64,000 bases of DNA from Actinomycetes bacterium. Its GTDB lineage: Bacteria > Actinomycetota > Actinomycetes > Propionibacteriales > Propionibacteriaceae. The stretch covers positions 11,528 to 75,527 of the forward strand of contig JAFADF010000065.1 of NCBI GenBank assembly GCA_023425145.1. Direction: 5' to 3'. The position numbers were made by a program, and so were the translations under genes. Below, in pieces: positions 49,014-60,400 of the stretch; the stretch's first letter is position 1; each line of letters opens with the position of its first letter. A model generated the notes under the pieces. It saw only the letters and a list, made by a program, of their open reading frames with translations. It did not search any database and was not told where the DNA came from.

Positions 49014-49898
49014 GTGAACCTGACAAGCAGCCAAGCCGAACAGATCCTCGCGCTTGCCGATCGCGCACTGAGCGCGGACGGATTCGCGCCGCTCAACGAG
49101 GAGGCTCGGTTCGCCATCGCCGGCGCCCCGGCCGAGCATCTGCTTGCCGAGCAGGACGGCACCATAGTCGGTTACCTGCAGTGGCAACCCGACTTCGGCA
49201 CGGCCCAGGTGGTCGTCGACCCGCACTATCGGCGTCGCGGACTCGGCGGCGCCCTGGTCGAGCAGCTGATCGAGGGCTTGGCCGACCCCGACCTGGGACT
49301 ACCCGGTGCCGACATCACCGAGTGGGGCCTGTGGTCGTTCGGCGATCTACCGGCGGCTCGCGAGTTCGCTGCGGCGCTCGGCCTCCGCCCGTCCCGGACT
49401 CTGCTGGTGATGCGGCGCTCCCTGGCCGGTGCCAGCGCCCCGAAGCTGCCTGCCGGACTCACCATCCGCGGCTTCCGCCCCGGCGACCAGGATGCGCTGC
49501 TGGCGCTGAATGCCGAGGCCTTCGCCGAGCACCCCGAGCAAGGCGCATTGGACGCCGACGGCCTGGCGCAGCGGATGGCCGAGGATTGGTTCGATCCGGA
49601 CGGGCTGCTGCTGGCCTTCGACGCTGACGGGCTGGCCGGCTTCCATTGGACGAAGCTGGCCGAACCTCTGATCGGCGAGGTGTACGTGATCGGCACGGCG
49701 GGCCGGGTCCGCGGGCGAGGCTATGGTCACCTCCTGCTGGACGCCGGCTTGGCCCACTTGGCCGCCGCCGGAGCGACCGAGGTTGTCCTCTACGTCGACA
49801 GCAGCGAGCAGATACCGGTAAGAATGTATGAAGGCGCTGGCTTCACGATCGATCACCGTGATCTGCTCTACACCAGGCCGGCACAGGAGAACCGATGA
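49014..49898 (+). CDS. mshD: Mycothiol synthase
   Basis: Tandem [29 protein letters not shown]. Confidence 0.9.
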   Translation: MNLTSSQAEQILALADRALSADGFAPLNEEARFAIAGAPAEHLLAEQDGTIVGYLQWQPDFGTAQVVVDPHYRRRGLGGALVEQLIEGLADPDLGLPGADITEWGLWSFGDLPAAREFAAALGLRPSRTLLVMRRSLAGASAPKLPAGLTIRGFRPGDQDALLALNAEAFAEHPEQGALDADGLAQRMAEDWFDPDGLLLAFDADGLAGFHWTKLAEPLIGEVYVIGTAGRVRGRGYGHLLLDAGLAHLAAAGATEVVLYVDSSEQIPVRMYEGAGFTIDHRDLLYTRPAQENR

Positions 49899-52051
49899 CC
49901 GACAGTCAGCTCGACGAGCCTGGCCTCGAGCTGCCCGAGACGCCGTCCACGCCGAACCCGGTTGAGCCCGCTGACCTGCCCGAACTGCCCACGGACCGGT
50001 TCTCTGATCGCGAGCTGAGCTGGCTTTCCTTCAACGCCCGAGTGCTCGACCTGGCCAAGGACGCCAAGCGGGTGCCGCTGCTGGAGCGGGCCAAGTTCCT
50101 GGCGATCTTCTGCAACAACCTGGACGAGTTCTTCATGGTCCGGGTGGCCGGGCTGAAGCGTCGCATGGCAGCCGGCGTGGCCGTCCCCAGCAATTCGGGG
50201 TTGCTGCCGCGCGAACTGCACGACGCGATCCTGGCCCGCAGCCGGGAGCTGGTCGCCGAGGTGACCAGGGTGTTCGCCACCGACATTCGTCCGGCGCTGG
50301 CCGAACATGGCATCGAGATCCTGCGTTGGGAGGAGCTGCGCCCCGACGAACGCGCCAAGATGACCGAGCTGTTCGAGAGCCGAATCTTCCCGGTGCTCAC
50401 CCCGCTGGCCGTCGACCCGTCGCACCCGTTCCCCTACATCTCCGGGCTGAGCGTGAACCTGGCCGTGTTGCTGCGCAACCCGTCCACCGGCGCCCGCCAG
50501 TTCGCCCGGATCAAGGTGCCGACCATCCTCAGCCGATTCGTCCCGCTGGGTGGTGGACGGTTCGTCCCGCTCGAGGACGTGATCGCCAGCCATCTGGATC
50601 AGGTGTTCACCGGCATGCAGATCCTGGGCCACTCCACCTTCCGGGTCACCCGCAACGAAGATGTCGAGGTCGAAGAGGACGACGCGGAGAACCTGCTGTT
50701 CGCCTTGGAGAAGGAGCTGCTGCGCCGAAAGATCGGACGCCCACCGGTCCGGCTCGAGGTCGAAGAGGACATCGACGACTACATGCTCGGACTGCTGGTC
50801 AGCGAGCTGGACATCGCCGAGAAGGAAGTCTTCAAGGTGCCCAGCCCGCTGGATCTGCGCGGCCTGTTCGGGATCGCCGATCTGGATCGCGAAGCTCTGC
50901 TCTACCCCAGCTTCCTGCCCAAGACTCATCCCGAGCTGGCCAAGGTCGAGACGGCGCGTCAAGCCGACCTGTTCGCCGCACTGAAGACCAGGGACGTGTT
51001 GCTGCACCACCCCTACGACTCATTCGCCACCTCCGTGCAGCGGTTCATCGAACAGGCTGCAGCCGATCCGGCGGTGCTGGCCATCAAGCAGACGCTGTAC
51101 CGCACGTCCGGCGATTCGCCGATCATCGACGCCCTGATCGAGGCGGCCCAGGCCGGCAAGCAGGTACTGGCCCTGGTCGAGATCAAGGCCCGCTTCGACG
51201 AGCAGGCCAACATCGCCTGGGCCCGCAAGTTGGAGAAGGCCGGCTGCCACGTCGTCTACGGCATGCTCGGCCTGAAGACCCACTGCAAGCTGTCGCTGGT
51301 GGTCCGCGAGGAGCCGTCCGGGTTGCGTCGCTACTGCCACATCGGCACCGGCAACTACAACCCGAAGACCGCCCGGATGTATGAGGACATGGGCCTGCTC
51401 ACGTCCAACGCGGTGATCACCGACGACGTGTCGCGGCTGTTCAATCACCTGTCCGGGATGACCCAGGAGACCAGCTACAAGCGACTCCTGGTGGCTCCGC
51501 ACTCAGTGCGAAAGGGCTTGTTGGAGAGCGTTGAAGCCGAGATCGCCAACCACAGGGCCGGGCTGCCGGCCGGGGTGAAGATCAAGGTCAACTCGATCGT
51601 GGACGAGGCCGTCACCGATGCGCTTTACCGGGCCTCCCAGGCCGGCGTCCCGGTGGATCTGTGGGTGCGCGGGATCTGCTCGGTGCGTCCGGGCGTTCCC
51701 GGGCTGAGTGAGAACATCCGGGTGCGATCGATCCTGGGCCGTTTCCTGGAGCACAGTCGGCTGTTCTGGTTCGCCAACGGCGGCCAGCCCAAGGTGGGCA
51801 TCGGCTCGGCCGACCTGATGCACCGCAACCTCGACCGTCGGGTCGAGGTCGTGGTGGCGCTGAACAACCCCCGGCACATCGCCCAGATCGAGCGGCTGTT
51901 CGAGCTCGCCTTCGACGAGGGCACCGCGTCCTGGTGGCTGGATGGTGATACCTGGACCCAGCGGACCACCAATGCCGACGGCGAACCGCTGCTCGACATC
52001 CAGGAGTACCTGATCGTCCAGATGGGCCAGCGACGGGCCGCGGAACGCTGA
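49895..52051 (+). CDS. ppk1: Polyphosphate kinase 1
   Basis: [40 protein letters not shown]. Confidence 0.96.
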   Translation: MTDSQLDEPGLELPETPSTPNPVEPADLPELPTDRFSDRELSWLSFNARVLDLAKDAKRVPLLERAKFLAIFCNNLDEFFMVRVAGLKRRMAAGVAVPSNSGLLPRELHDAILARSRELVAEVTRVFATDIRPALAEHGIEILRWEELRPDERAKMTELFESRIFPVLTPLAVDPSHPFPYISGLSVNLAVLLRNPSTGARQFARIKVPTILSRFVPLGGGRFVPLEDVIASHLDQVFTGMQILGHSTFRVTRNEDVEVEEDDAENLLFALEKELLRRKIGRPPVRLEVEEDIDDYMLGLLVSELDIAEKEVFKVPSPLDLRGLFGIADLDREALLYPSFLPKTHPELAKVETARQADLFAALKTRDVLLHHPYDSFATSVQRFIEQAAADPAVLAIKQTLYRTSGDSPIIDALIEAAQAGKQVLALVEIKARFDEQANIAWARKLEKAGCHVVYGMLGLKTHCKLSLVVREEPSGLRRYCHIGTGNYNPKTARMYEDMGLLTSNAVITDDVSRLFNHLSGMTQETSYKRLLVAPHSVRKGLLESVEAEIANHRAGLPAGVKIKVNSIVDEAVTDALYRASQAGVPVDLWVRGICSVRPGVPGLSENIRVRSILGRFLEHSRLFWFANGGQPKVGIGSADLMHRNLDRRVEVVVALNNPRHIAQIERLFELAFDEGTASWWLDGDTWTQRTTNADGEPLLDIQEYLIVQMGQRRAAER

Positions 52052-52054
52052 CCT

Positions 52055-52942
52055 ATGGCCAAGACGACCAAGGAGATCCTGGCCGCGGGCAGCGTGGTGT
52101 TCCGGCGCAGCGCGGACGGTCCGCGCGAGGTGCTGCTGGTACATCGGCCTCGATATGACGACTGGAGCCTGCCCAAGGGCAAGCTCGATCCGGACGAGTA
52201 TCTGGCCTCCTGCGCCGTCCGGGAGACCCGCGAGGAGACCTCGGTCCGGATTCGGCTCGGGCTGCCCGTGGACAAGATCCGCTACCCGATCAGCACCGGC
52301 ATGAAGACCGTCCACTACTGGCGCGGCCAGCTGGACGGCGAGCATCCGCACGTCCCCAGCGATGAGGTGGACGAGGTTGCCTGGCTGAGCATCACCCAGG
52401 CGTTGCGGCAGGTGAGCTACCCCGACGAGCGGGCGATCCTGCGCCAGGCCGTCGAGCTGCCCGACTCGACCCCGCTGGTGATCGTCCGGCATGCCAAGGC
52501 CATGCTGCGCGCCAACTGGGGTGGACGCGATGTCGGCCGGCCCCTGGACGAGCGCGGACGCCGCCAGTCCCGGGCCCTGGTGCCGCTGCTGGATGCCTAC
52601 GGGATTCGGCGGCTCGCCTCCTCCAGCGCCAACCGCTGTCTGCGCACCCTGCAACCGCACGCCAAAGCGCACCGGCTGGAGGTCGAAGGCTGGAGCATCC
52701 TCACCGAGGAGCAGGGCACCAAGGATCCGGCCGCCGTGCGCACCCTGATCCGGCGGTTGGCCCAGCAGACCGCCGACACCGGCACCCCACTGGCCATCTG
52801 CGGGCATCGTCCGGTGCTGCCGACCATGCTGGATGCCCTCGGCGTTCCGAGCCGTCCGATCCCGCCGGCCGCGGCCATGGTGCTGCACCTGGCTCCGGAC
52901 GCCAAGCTGCAGGCGATCGAGTTCCACAAGTCCCGCCTCTGA
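52055..52942 (+). CDS. mutT1: NUDIX hydrolase + histidine-phosphatase domain (MutT1-like)
   Basis: HRPRYDDWSLPKGK..AVRE..EE Nudix box; VRHAKA. Confidence 0.85.
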   Translation: MAKTTKEILAAGSVVFRRSADGPREVLLVHRPRYDDWSLPKGKLDPDEYLASCAVRETREETSVRIRLGLPVDKIRYPISTGMKTVHYWRGQLDGEHPHVPSDEVDEVAWLSITQALRQVSYPDERAILRQAVELPDSTPLVIVRHAKAMLRANWGGRDVGRPLDERGRRQSRALVPLLDAYGIRRLASSSANRCLRTLQPHAKAHRLEVEGWSILTEEQGTKDPAAVRTLIRRLAQQTADTGTPLAICGHRPVLPTMLDALGVPSRPIPPAAAMVLHLAPDAKLQAIEFHKSRL

Positions 52943-52960
52943 GCCGGGGCCCAGCGGGGC

Positions 52961-53986
52961 TCAGCGCGTGGGCGGTGCGGCACTCCCCCGGACCATCAAG
53001 GTCGGCTCGAGCAGCGGCGGCTCGGCCGGGGTGAGGCCATTCTCGATCATGTCGATCAGCAGTTCGACGCTGCGTCGTCCGACCTCGTCGAAGTCCTGGC
53101 GCAGGGTGGTCAGGCCTGGGGAGTAGAACTCTGCCTCGGGGATGTCGTCGAATCCGACCAGGCTGACGTCTCCAGGGCAACTCAGGCCGCGCTCGTGCAG
53201 CGCGTGCAGGGCGCCCAGGGCCATCGTGTCGTTGGCGACGAAGATGGCGGTCACTGCCGGATCTTCGAGAATCTGCTGGGCCGCCTGGTAGCCCGAGCGG
53301 GCCGACCAATCACCGCGGACGAACGGCGGCACCGCAGCGCCGGCCTCGGTGAGGGTGTCTCGCCAGCCGTCGATGCGCTCCAGGCTCTCGAACCAGACAT
53401 CCGGGCCGGACAGATGCCAGACCGTCCGATGGCCCAGGCTGAGCAGGTATTCGGTGGCGATCCGGGCGCCGAGCCGCTGATCGACGCTCACCAGCGGATA
53501 GCGTCCATGGACGCTGGAGTGGATGGCCACCATCGGCAGGTTGCCGTTGAGGTCGCTGGTGGTGGTGTCGTCCGAGCGCGGCTGCAGCAAGATGATGCCG
53601 TCCGATGAGCGGGAGCGCAGCAGCGCAGCCCCATGCGAGATGGCGTCCTGCCCGGGCTCGCCCAGGTGCGAGATGGTCACCGTGTAGCCGCGATCGCGAG
53701 CGGCCAGCTCGATGCCGTGCAATGCCGCGCTCGGCCCCCACAGCAGCGGATCGACAGTCAGCACACCGATGGAGCGGGATCGTCCGCTGGCCAATCCACG
53801 GGCCATCGAGTTCGGCCGATAGTCCAGAGAGTGCATCGCGCCGAGCACTCGCTCCTTGGTCGCGGCGGCAACCTTCGCCTGGCCATTGATCACCCGGGAC
53901 ACCGTCATTGCCGAAACCCCGGCAAGACGCGCCACGTCGGCAACCGTGGGTGGCCTGACCCCCAGCCCGCCAGCGACATCGCTCAT
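52961..53986 (-). CDS. LacI-family transcriptional regulator
   Basis: TVADVARLAGVSAMTVSRVIN, YRPN, VGFDD. Confidence 0.92.
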   Translation of the reverse strand: MSDVAGGLGVRPPTVADVARLAGVSAMTVSRVINGQAKVAAATKERVLGAMHSLDYRPNSMARGLASGRSRSIGVLTVDPLLWGPSAALHGIELAARDRGYTVTISHLGEPGQDAISHGAALLRSRSSDGIILLQPRSDDTTTSDLNGNLPMVAIHSSVHGRYPLVSVDQRLGARIATEYLLSLGHRTVWHLSGPDVWFESLERIDGWRDTLTEAGAAVPPFVRGDWSARSGYQAAQQILEDPAVTAIFVANDTMALGALHALHERGLSCPGDVSLVGFDDIPEAEFYSPGLTTLRQDFDEVGRRSVELLIDMIENGLTPAEPPLLEPTLMVRGSAAPPTR

Positions 53987-54043
53987 GGGTGTTAGCGTAG
54001 AACACTGCTGACTCAAACGCCGGGTCGCCTCGGGGGTTGATCG

Positions 54044-54098
54044 CTTCAACAGCAATTCACCTAACGTTCACCAAGGGGTCCCGGTCGCGTCAATCGCG
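54044..54098 (+). promoter_or_regulatory. PHO box (PhoP/RegX3-type 11-bp direct repeats)
   Basis: CTTCAACAGCA / ATTCACCTAAC / GTTCACCAAGG / GGTCCCGGTCG / CGTCAATCGCG upstream of pstS. Confidence 0.72.
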
Positions 54099-54155
54099 CG
54101 TCCTAGCGTGACGAACAGAGCAAACCAGCTCTGAGCCCACACACTAAGGACAAGC

Positions 54156-55238
54156 GTGAGTATCAAGCCGTTCGCAGTAGCAGCACTGGTCACCGCCGCA
54201 GCGCTGGCGTTCACCGGGTGCGCCACCAACGAGGCTGCGCCCGCCGGAACCGGATCAGCCTCTGGTTCGCAGACCCTGACCGGCGTCGGCGCCAGCTCGC
54301 AGAAGGCAGCCCAGGAGAAGTGGGTTGCCGACTTCCAGACCAAGAACTCTTCGATCACCGTCAACTACTCCCCGGATGGCTCCGGCGCGGGTCGCTCGGC
54401 CTTCATCGCCGGTGCCGCCGCCTTCGCCGGCTCGGACCGCCCGTTCAAGGACGAGGAGATGGGCGCCGGCAAGTTCGCCGGTTGCGCCGCCGACTCCAAC
54501 GCCCTGAACCTGCCGGTGTACATCTCCCCGATCGCGGTCGTCTACAACCTCGACGGTGTCACCGACCTGGCTCTGGATCCGGCCACCATCGCCGGCATCT
54601 TCGCCGGCAAGATCACCAAGTGGAACGATCCGGCGATCGCCGCCACCAACCCGAAGGCGAAGCTGCCCGACCTGGCCATCACCGCCGTGCACCGTGGCGA
54701 TGACTCCGGCACCACCAACAACTTCACCGACACGCTGAACAAGCTGGCTCCGACCGTCTGGACCGAGAAGGCTTCCGACACCTACCCCGCCGCCTTCGGT
54801 GGCGAGGCCGCGAACGGCACCTCTGGGGTCGTCCAGGCCGTGACCGGCGGCGCCGGCACCATCGGCTACGCGGACGCTTCGGCAGCCGGCAAGCTCGGCA
54901 AGGCCAGCATCATCGTCAACGGCAAGCCGCTTCAGCCCACTGCTGACGCCGCCGCCGCAATCCTGGATCACTCCAAGACGATCGCCGGTCGCGACGCCAA
55001 CGATCTGGCCTACAGCCTGGATCGCACCTCTGAGGGTGTCTACCCGGCAGTGCTGGTCTCTTACGCCATCGTCTGCCAGACCTACAAGGATCCGGCCGTC
55101 GGCACTCTCGTGAAGAGCTACGTCGGCTACATGGCTTCGGCGGACGGCCAGAAGGCCGCTGCGGAGGCCGCCGGTTCGGCCCCGCTGTCGGCCGACCTGC
55201 AGGCCAAGGTGAAGTCCGCACTCGATTCGGTCAAGTGA
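54156..55238 (+). CDS. pstS: Phosphate-binding lipoprotein PstS (copy 2, canonical)
   Basis: Lipobox FTGC; GSGAG, FAGSD, HRGDDSGTT. Confidence 0.93.
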   Translation: MSIKPFAVAALVTAAALAFTGCATNEAAPAGTGSASGSQTLTGVGASSQKAAQEKWVADFQTKNSSITVNYSPDGSGAGRSAFIAGAAAFAGSDRPFKDEEMGAGKFAGCAADSNALNLPVYISPIAVVYNLDGVTDLALDPATIAGIFAGKITKWNDPAIAATNPKAKLPDLAITAVHRGDDSGTTNNFTDTLNKLAPTVWTEKASDTYPAAFGGEAANGTSGVVQAVTGGAGTIGYADASAAGKLGKASIIVNGKPLQPTADAAAAILDHSKTIAGRDANDLAYSLDRTSEGVYPAVLVSYAIVCQTYKDPAVGTLVKSYVGYMASADGQKAAAEAAGSAPLSADLQAKVKSALDSVK

Positions 55239-55260
55239 CCGAGTCGGACTGAATCACAGT

Positions 55261-55291
55261 GGGCGGCGCCGGGAGCACCCCGGCGCCGCCC
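55261..55291 (+). other. pstS-pstC intergenic hairpin (mRNA stabiliser or partial terminator)
   Basis: gggcggcgccggg-agcac-cccggcgccgccc. Confidence 0.65.
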
Positions 55292-55327
55292 CGTCACGCA
55301 ACGAGGCACGGAAAGCAGGGTCCATCG

Positions 55328-56305
55328 ATGACCGCCAAGCTCAGTTCGACGCCAGTCGGCTCGGCCGCAGCCCAGCCGAAACCTGGGCCGGATCCCAAGC
55401 GTCCCGGCGAAGCGGTGTTCCGTGGCCTGGCGACGGGCGCGGGCATCCTGATCCTGGTGATCCTGGTCCTGGTGGCCAGCTTCCTGCTCATCCAGGGTGG
55501 GCCGGCCCTGTTCGCCGACCCGGCCAAGCTGGCCACTCAGGGTTACGGCGAGTTCGTCTCCTGGGTGCTGCCGTTCGCCTTCGGCACCGTCTGGGCCGCG
55601 CTGCTGGCACTGCTGATCGCCGTACCGGTCGCGATCGGGATCGCCTTGTTCATCTCGCACTACGCGCCGCGCCGACTGGCTCAGCCGCTGGGCTACCTGA
55701 TCGATCTGCTGGCTGCGGTGCCGTCGGTGGTCTTCGGCCTGTGGGGTTCGATAGTCCTGGCCCCGGCGATGCTCCCCCTGTTCACGGCCTTGAACTCCAG
55801 CCTCAGCTTCATCCCACTGTTCGCCGGCCAGGTCTCCGGCACTGGACGGACGATCCTCACCGTCGCCGTGGTGTTGGCCACGATGATCCTGCCGATCATC
55901 ACCAGCCTGTGCCGCGAGGTCTTCCTGCAGGCGCCTCGGCTGCATGAGGAGGCCGCCTTGGCCCTCGGGGCCACCCGCTGGGAGATGATCAAGATGGCGG
56001 TCTTCCCGTTCGCCCGTCCGGGCATCATCGCCGCGATCATGCTCGGCCTGGGCCGGGCGCTGGGCGAGACGATGGCAGTGACCATGGTCTTGTCCGGAAG
56101 TCGCAACATCACCGTCGAGCTGCTCACCAGCCAGAACCCGAACACCATCGCAGCGACGATCGCCCAGAACTTCGCCGAAGCCTTCGGCCTGAAGACCAGC
56201 CAGCTGATCGCGGCCGGCCTGGTGCTGTTCCTGATCACTCTCGCGGTGAACTCGATCGCCCGGTGGATCGTCGCCCGCCGCGCCCAATACTCCGGAGCGA
56301 ACTGA
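55328..56305 (+). CDS. pstC: Phosphate ABC permease PstC (copy 2)
   Basis: AAVPSVVFGLWG, EAALALGATRWE, GRALGETMAV. Confidence 0.93.
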   Translation: MTAKLSSTPVGSAAAQPKPGPDPKRPGEAVFRGLATGAGILILVILVLVASFLLIQGGPALFADPAKLATQGYGEFVSWVLPFAFGTVWAALLALLIAVPVAIGIALFISHYAPRRLAQPLGYLIDLLAAVPSVVFGLWGSIVLAPAMLPLFTALNSSLSFIPLFAGQVSGTGRTILTVAVVLATMILPIITSLCREVFLQAPRLHEEAALALGATRWEMIKMAVFPFARPGIIAAIMLGLGRALGETMAVTMVLSGSRNITVELLTSQNPNTIAATIAQNFAEAFGLKTSQLIAAGLVLFLITLAVNSIARWIVARRAQYSGAN

Positions 56306-57366
56306 TGACAGCCCTCAGCCACGCGATCACCCAGGACAGCCTGACCTCGGGTCGGCTGCCCAAGTTCGCCACCCCAGTCGCAGCTGTCGCCGGCGCGATC
56401 CTCGGCTTCGCCCTGGCAGTGATCTTCGGCGGCGGCAACCTTGGCTTGGCCGTCCTGCTGGCCTACCTGATCTTCCTGGTCGCCATGGAGATTGCGGCTC
56501 GGGTCATCGAAGGGCCGCGGCAGGCCGCCGACCGGCGGGCCCGGCACCTGATCGTGGGCGCCTTCCTGTTGGCATTGCTTCCGCTGGCCTCGGTGATCTT
56601 CGAGGTCCTCAGCAAGGGAATGGCCCGCTTCGATGTCCCGTTCTTCACCCAGTCGATGCGCAATGTGGTCGGCAAGGGCGGCGGCGCCGTCCATGCCATC
56701 TACGGGACGCTCTACGTGACCGGTATGGCCACCCTGATCTCGGTACCGATCGGCCTGCTCACCGCGATCTACCTGGCCGAATACGGCATCCGAAACCGGC
56801 TGTCGAAGGCGATCACCTTCTTCGTGGACGTGATGACCGGCGTCCCGTCGATCGTGGCCGGCCTGTTCGCCTACGCGTTGATGGGCCTTCTCGTCGGCCC
56901 GGGCACCCGCTCCGGCTTCTCCGGCAGCATCGCACTGTCGGTGCTGATGATCCCGGTCGTGGTCCGCTCCAGCGAGGAGCTGCTGCGGCTGGTGCCCAAC
57001 GAACTGCGTGAAGCCGCCTACGCCCTCGGCGTTCCGAAGTGGCTGACCATCGTCAAGGTGGTGCTGCCCACGGCGATCTCCGGCCTGGTGTCGGGGGTGA
57101 TCTTGGCGATCGCCCGCGTGATCGGTGAGACTGCCCCGCTGCTGATCGCCGCCGGCTTCACCGCCAGCCTGAACAACAACCTGTTCGCCAACCCGATGAT
57201 GACCCTGCCAGTGTTCGTCTACGACTCCTACGCCCACCCGGGCACGGACGTCCAGGCCTACTGGGATCGGGCCTGGGCCGGCGCGCTCACCCTGATCCTG
57301 ATCGTCATGCTGCTGAACCTGATCGGCCGGCTGATCGCCCGCCGATTCGCCCCGAAGACTCGCTGA
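56305..57366 (+). CDS. pstA: Phosphate ABC permease PstA (copy 2)
   Basis: [34 protein letters not shown]. Confidence 0.93.
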   Translation: MTALSHAITQDSLTSGRLPKFATPVAAVAGAILGFALAVIFGGGNLGLAVLLAYLIFLVAMEIAARVIEGPRQAADRRARHLIVGAFLLALLPLASVIFEVLSKGMARFDVPFFTQSMRNVVGKGGGAVHAIYGTLYVTGMATLISVPIGLLTAIYLAEYGIRNRLSKAITFFVDVMTGVPSIVAGLFAYALMGLLVGPGTRSGFSGSIALSVLMIPVVVRSSEELLRLVPNELREAAYALGVPKWLTIVKVVLPTAISGLVSGVILAIARVIGETAPLLIAAGFTASLNNNLFANPMMTLPVFVYDSYAHPGTDVQAYWDRAWAGALTLILIVMLLNLIGRLIARRFAPKTR

Positions 57367-57377
57367 AAGGCCGACTG

Positions 57378-58157
57378 ATGTCGAAGCGAATTGAGACCAC
57401 CGACCTGAACGTCTACTACGGCAGCTTCCGCGCCGTCGAGGACGTCACCATCACCATCGAGCCGCGCGCGGTGACCGCCTTCATCGGCCCGTCCGGCTGC
57501 GGCAAGTCGACGTTCCTGCGCACCCTGAACCGGATGCACGAGGTGATCCCCGGTGCCCATGTCGAAGGTGAGGTGCTGCTGGACGGGGAGAACCTGTACG
57601 GCGCCGGCGTCGACCCGGTGCGAGTGCGTCGCCAGGTCGGCATGGTCTTCCAGCGGCCCAACCCGTTCCCGACGATGTCGATCAAGGAGAACGTCCTGGC
57701 CGGCATTCGGCTGAACAACAAGCGGATGCCCAAGGAGGACCAGGACGCCCTGGTCGAGAGCTCGTTGCGCGGCGCAAACCTGTGGGAAGAGGTCAAGAAC
57801 CGGCTCGACCTGCCCGGCTCGGGGCTGTCCGGCGGCCAGCAGCAGCGGTTGTGCATCGCCCGGGCGATCGCGATGTCGCCGGAGGTGCTGCTGATGGACG
57901 AGCCGTGCTCGGCGCTGGACCCGATCTCCACCTTGGCCATCGAGGATCTGATCGCTGAGCTGAAACAGAAGTACACGATCGTGATCGTCACCCACAACAT
58001 GCAGCAGGCAGCCCGGGTCTCGGACACGACAGCCTTCTTCAACATCGCCGGCACCGGCTCGCCGGGCAAGCTGATCGAGGTCGGCCCCACCGACAAGATC
58101 TTTTCGGCCCCCGACGTCCAGGCCACCGAGGATTACATCTCCGGCCGCTTCGGCTGA
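57378..58157 (+). CDS. pstB: Phosphate ABC ATPase PstB (copy 2)
   Basis: [33 protein letters not shown]. Confidence 0.95.
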   Translation: MSKRIETTDLNVYYGSFRAVEDVTITIEPRAVTAFIGPSGCGKSTFLRTLNRMHEVIPGAHVEGEVLLDGENLYGAGVDPVRVRRQVGMVFQRPNPFPTMSIKENVLAGIRLNNKRMPKEDQDALVESSLRGANLWEEVKNRLDLPGSGLSGGQQQRLCIARAIAMSPEVLLMDEPCSALDPISTLAIEDLIAELKQKYTIVIVTHNMQQAARVSDTTAFFNIAGTGSPGKLIEVGPTDKIFSAPDVQATEDYISGRFG

Positions 58158-58161
58158 TCCG

Positions 58162-58230
58162 GCGAGGGCTCGCCTTCGCGCCGAGGGCTCCCGCCTGGGC
58201 ACAGGCCCTCGGCGTTAGCGCGAGCTTTCG
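58162..58230. repeat. ~70-bp palindromic element, degenerate copy 4
   Basis: gcgagggctcgccttcgcgccgagggc...gccctcggcgttagcgcgagctttcg. Confidence 0.65.
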
Positions 58231-58274
58231 GTGATCATGGGGTCCTCACAGGCTCCCCGACTAGGATCTGCGCC

Positions 58275-59150
58275 ATGGCGAGTCAGGCTGGTTGGTATCC
58301 GGATCCGGGCGGGCAGCCCGGCATGTACCGCTATTGGACGGGCACTGCCTGGACCGAGGCGATCACGCCCTATCCGCAGACGACTCCGGCACCGCAACTG
58401 CCGAGCAACCCTGCACCGACCGGCCCGACGGTTCGCAGCTCTCGCTCCACCGTGGGCTGGATCGTCGGCATCGCTGCAGTCGTGGTCATCGGCCTGTTCG
58501 CCTGGGCCATGTTCGGTGCAGGCACGTCGGTCCCGGGTGCGAATCCGTCCCCGCGGGTCCCCGGTGGCGAGTCCAGCGCCGACATCTGCCCGCAGCCGGC
58601 CACCGACAGCACTGCCAGCGCCGCCCCCACCCAGAGCGATGGACGAGTCCGCGCCGGCAACCTGTCCTTCCCGGAGCTCGGTGACCCGTGGGACGCGCCC
58701 ACGGTGGACAACCGCGTCCCCTACGGCGACTTCGGCGCCGAGCAATCGGCCATGGACCAGGAGGACTACGACGGCCAGTCCGGCCACTCCTGGGTGTCCA
58801 GCATCATGGTGGCCCCACTGCTGTCCGGTGAGGGCTTCCCGAGCACCAAGAGCGCTGCGGAACTGATCCTGAAGTGCGTAGTCGGCATCTACTACGACAA
58901 CACCAACGTGCAGCGCAACGACACCAGCAGCAAGGCCCATCCCGTGGACGGCCATGACGGCTGGCTGATCGAATCCGAGCTCAGCTTCTCGATCGCCGGC
59001 CTGAATGCCACCAGCGAGACCGTGCTGCTGGCCGTGGTGCAGGTGGACGGCTCGGAGTACAGCCTGTTCTACGCCTCGGTGCCCAACACCAGCGCCGACC
59101 GGTTGCCGGAAGTGCGTGCAGCGCTGGCCGATCTGAAGGTCGAGAAGTAG
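58275..59150 (+). CDS. DUF2510 domain membrane protein
   Basis: AGWYPDPGG..RYWTG..WT, TM, extracellular domain. Confidence 0.82.
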   Translation: MASQAGWYPDPGGQPGMYRYWTGTAWTEAITPYPQTTPAPQLPSNPAPTGPTVRSSRSTVGWIVGIAAVVVIGLFAWAMFGAGTSVPGANPSPRVPGGESSADICPQPATDSTASAAPTQSDGRVRAGNLSFPELGDPWDAPTVDNRVPYGDFGAEQSAMDQEDYDGQSGHSWVSSIMVAPLLSGEGFPSTKSAAELILKCVVGIYYDNTNVQRNDTSSKAHPVDGHDGWLIESELSFSIAGLNATSETVLLAVVQVDGSEYSLFYASVPNTSADRLPEVRAALADLKVEK

Positions 59151-59151
59151 C

Positions 59152-60357
59152 TCAGCCGCAGCGGAACACGCCCAGGTCCTGCTTCAGGGCGAGCACCCGG
59201 GCTGCCGACTCGGTGACCCTGGCCGCGAAGGCCGGATCCTTGGCGGCCTTGGCCAGCAGCGCCTTGGTCATGGCCGGAGCCAGCGACGGATCGGCATCGA
59301 TCACGACGTCCCCGCCGGCCTGGACGAAGCGGACGGCTCGCTGTCCGGCCGGGATCTTGCGCACGGACGCGGCCGCACCCAGGTCGTCACTGATCACCAC
59401 TCCGGTGTAGCCCCAGCCGCGGACCAGGCCGATCACCGTCGCCGAGAACACCGCCTGGTTCTTCGAGTCGATCTTGGGGTAGCGCGCCGAGGAGATCATC
59501 ACCGAGGCGACTCCGGCCTGCGCCGCGGCTCGGAAAGGAGCCAGCGATGCACTTTCAGAGGTGGTCACCGAGTCGACGATTCCGCTGGCGAAGTCGGTGT
59601 TGCCGACCACCTCCCCCAGCCCGGGAAAGTGCTTCACCGAGGCGGCCACCCCGGCCGCCTTCAGCCCGTCGATGACCGCCTGGGTCTTCTCGGCCACCAC
59701 TGCCGGATCTGTTCCGTAGCCGCGATGCAGCACTCCGATCGGCTGGTTGGTCTTCAGCTTGGCCCTGGGGACCACGTCGGCCACCGGCGCCAGGTTCCAG
59801 CGGACGCCGGCCGCGGCCAGCTGGCTGCCCCACTTCTGGGCAGCGGTGCGCAGCTCGGCGTCGCTGAGCTTGGCTTGCTGATTGGCGTTCGGGATCGTGG
59901 AGAAACCCGGTCCGGTCAGCCGCTGAACAAGACCGCCCTCCTGATCGGCTGCGGTGATCACCGGCACCGCGGTATTCAGGCCGGAGAGCTGGGCGGTGGT
60001 AGCGGCCAGCTGCTTCACTCCGCCGGCCTGCGTGCCGAGCAGCACCACCGAGCCGAGCTGCTGGCTGGTGATCAGGGTCCGCTCGTCCGCGGTCAGTGGG
60101 CCGTTCACCCCGACCATGATCAGCTGACCGACCTGCGCCTGTGCACTGAGCGCGGCAGCCGTCGTCAGGCAGCGCTGCGTTGGGGGCTCGGTCGGGCTTG
60201 TGGACGCGCTCGCGGTGGCTGATGCCGAGCTGCTGGCTGGCCGGCTCGGGGTTCGCGACGATGCCGTCGGCGACGCGTGCCGGCTGGGCTCGGGCGCGGC
60301 GACAGCACACCCCGTCAACGCCAGGCAGCAGGCCACGACCGCAAGAACTCTGTTCAC
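59152..60357 (-). CDS. Glycoside hydrolase family 3 N-terminal domain lipoprotein (NagZ-like)
   Basis: Lipobox LTGC; DQEGG.VQR, APVAD, KHFPG, SDDL. Confidence 0.87.
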   Translation of the reverse strand: MNRVLAVVACCLALTGCAVAAPEPSRHASPTASSRTPSRPASSSASATASASTSPTEPPTQRCLTTAAALSAQAQVGQLIMVGVNGPLTADERTLITSQQLGSVVLLGTQAGGVKQLAATTAQLSGLNTAVPVITAADQEGGLVQRLTGPGFSTIPNANQQAKLSDAELRTAAQKWGSQLAAAGVRWNLAPVADVVPRAKLKTNQPIGVLHRGYGTDPAVVAEKTQAVIDGLKAAGVAASVKHFPGLGEVVGNTDFASGIVDSVTTSESASLAPFRAAAQAGVASVMISSARYPKIDSKNQAVFSATVIGLVRGWGYTGVVISDDLGAAASVRKIPAGQRAVRFVQAGGDVVIDADPSLAPAMTKALLAKAAKDPAFAARVTESAARVLALKQDLGVFRCG

Positions 60358-60400
60358 CAGGCCACTCTCCGCCCTGCGCAGGTCACTCACAAGCCGACGC

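Noticed and set aside
53989..54005. LacI-type operator gtgttagcgtagaacac at the lacI start
   Set aside because: Imperfect palindrome; plausible autoregulatory site but insufficient support
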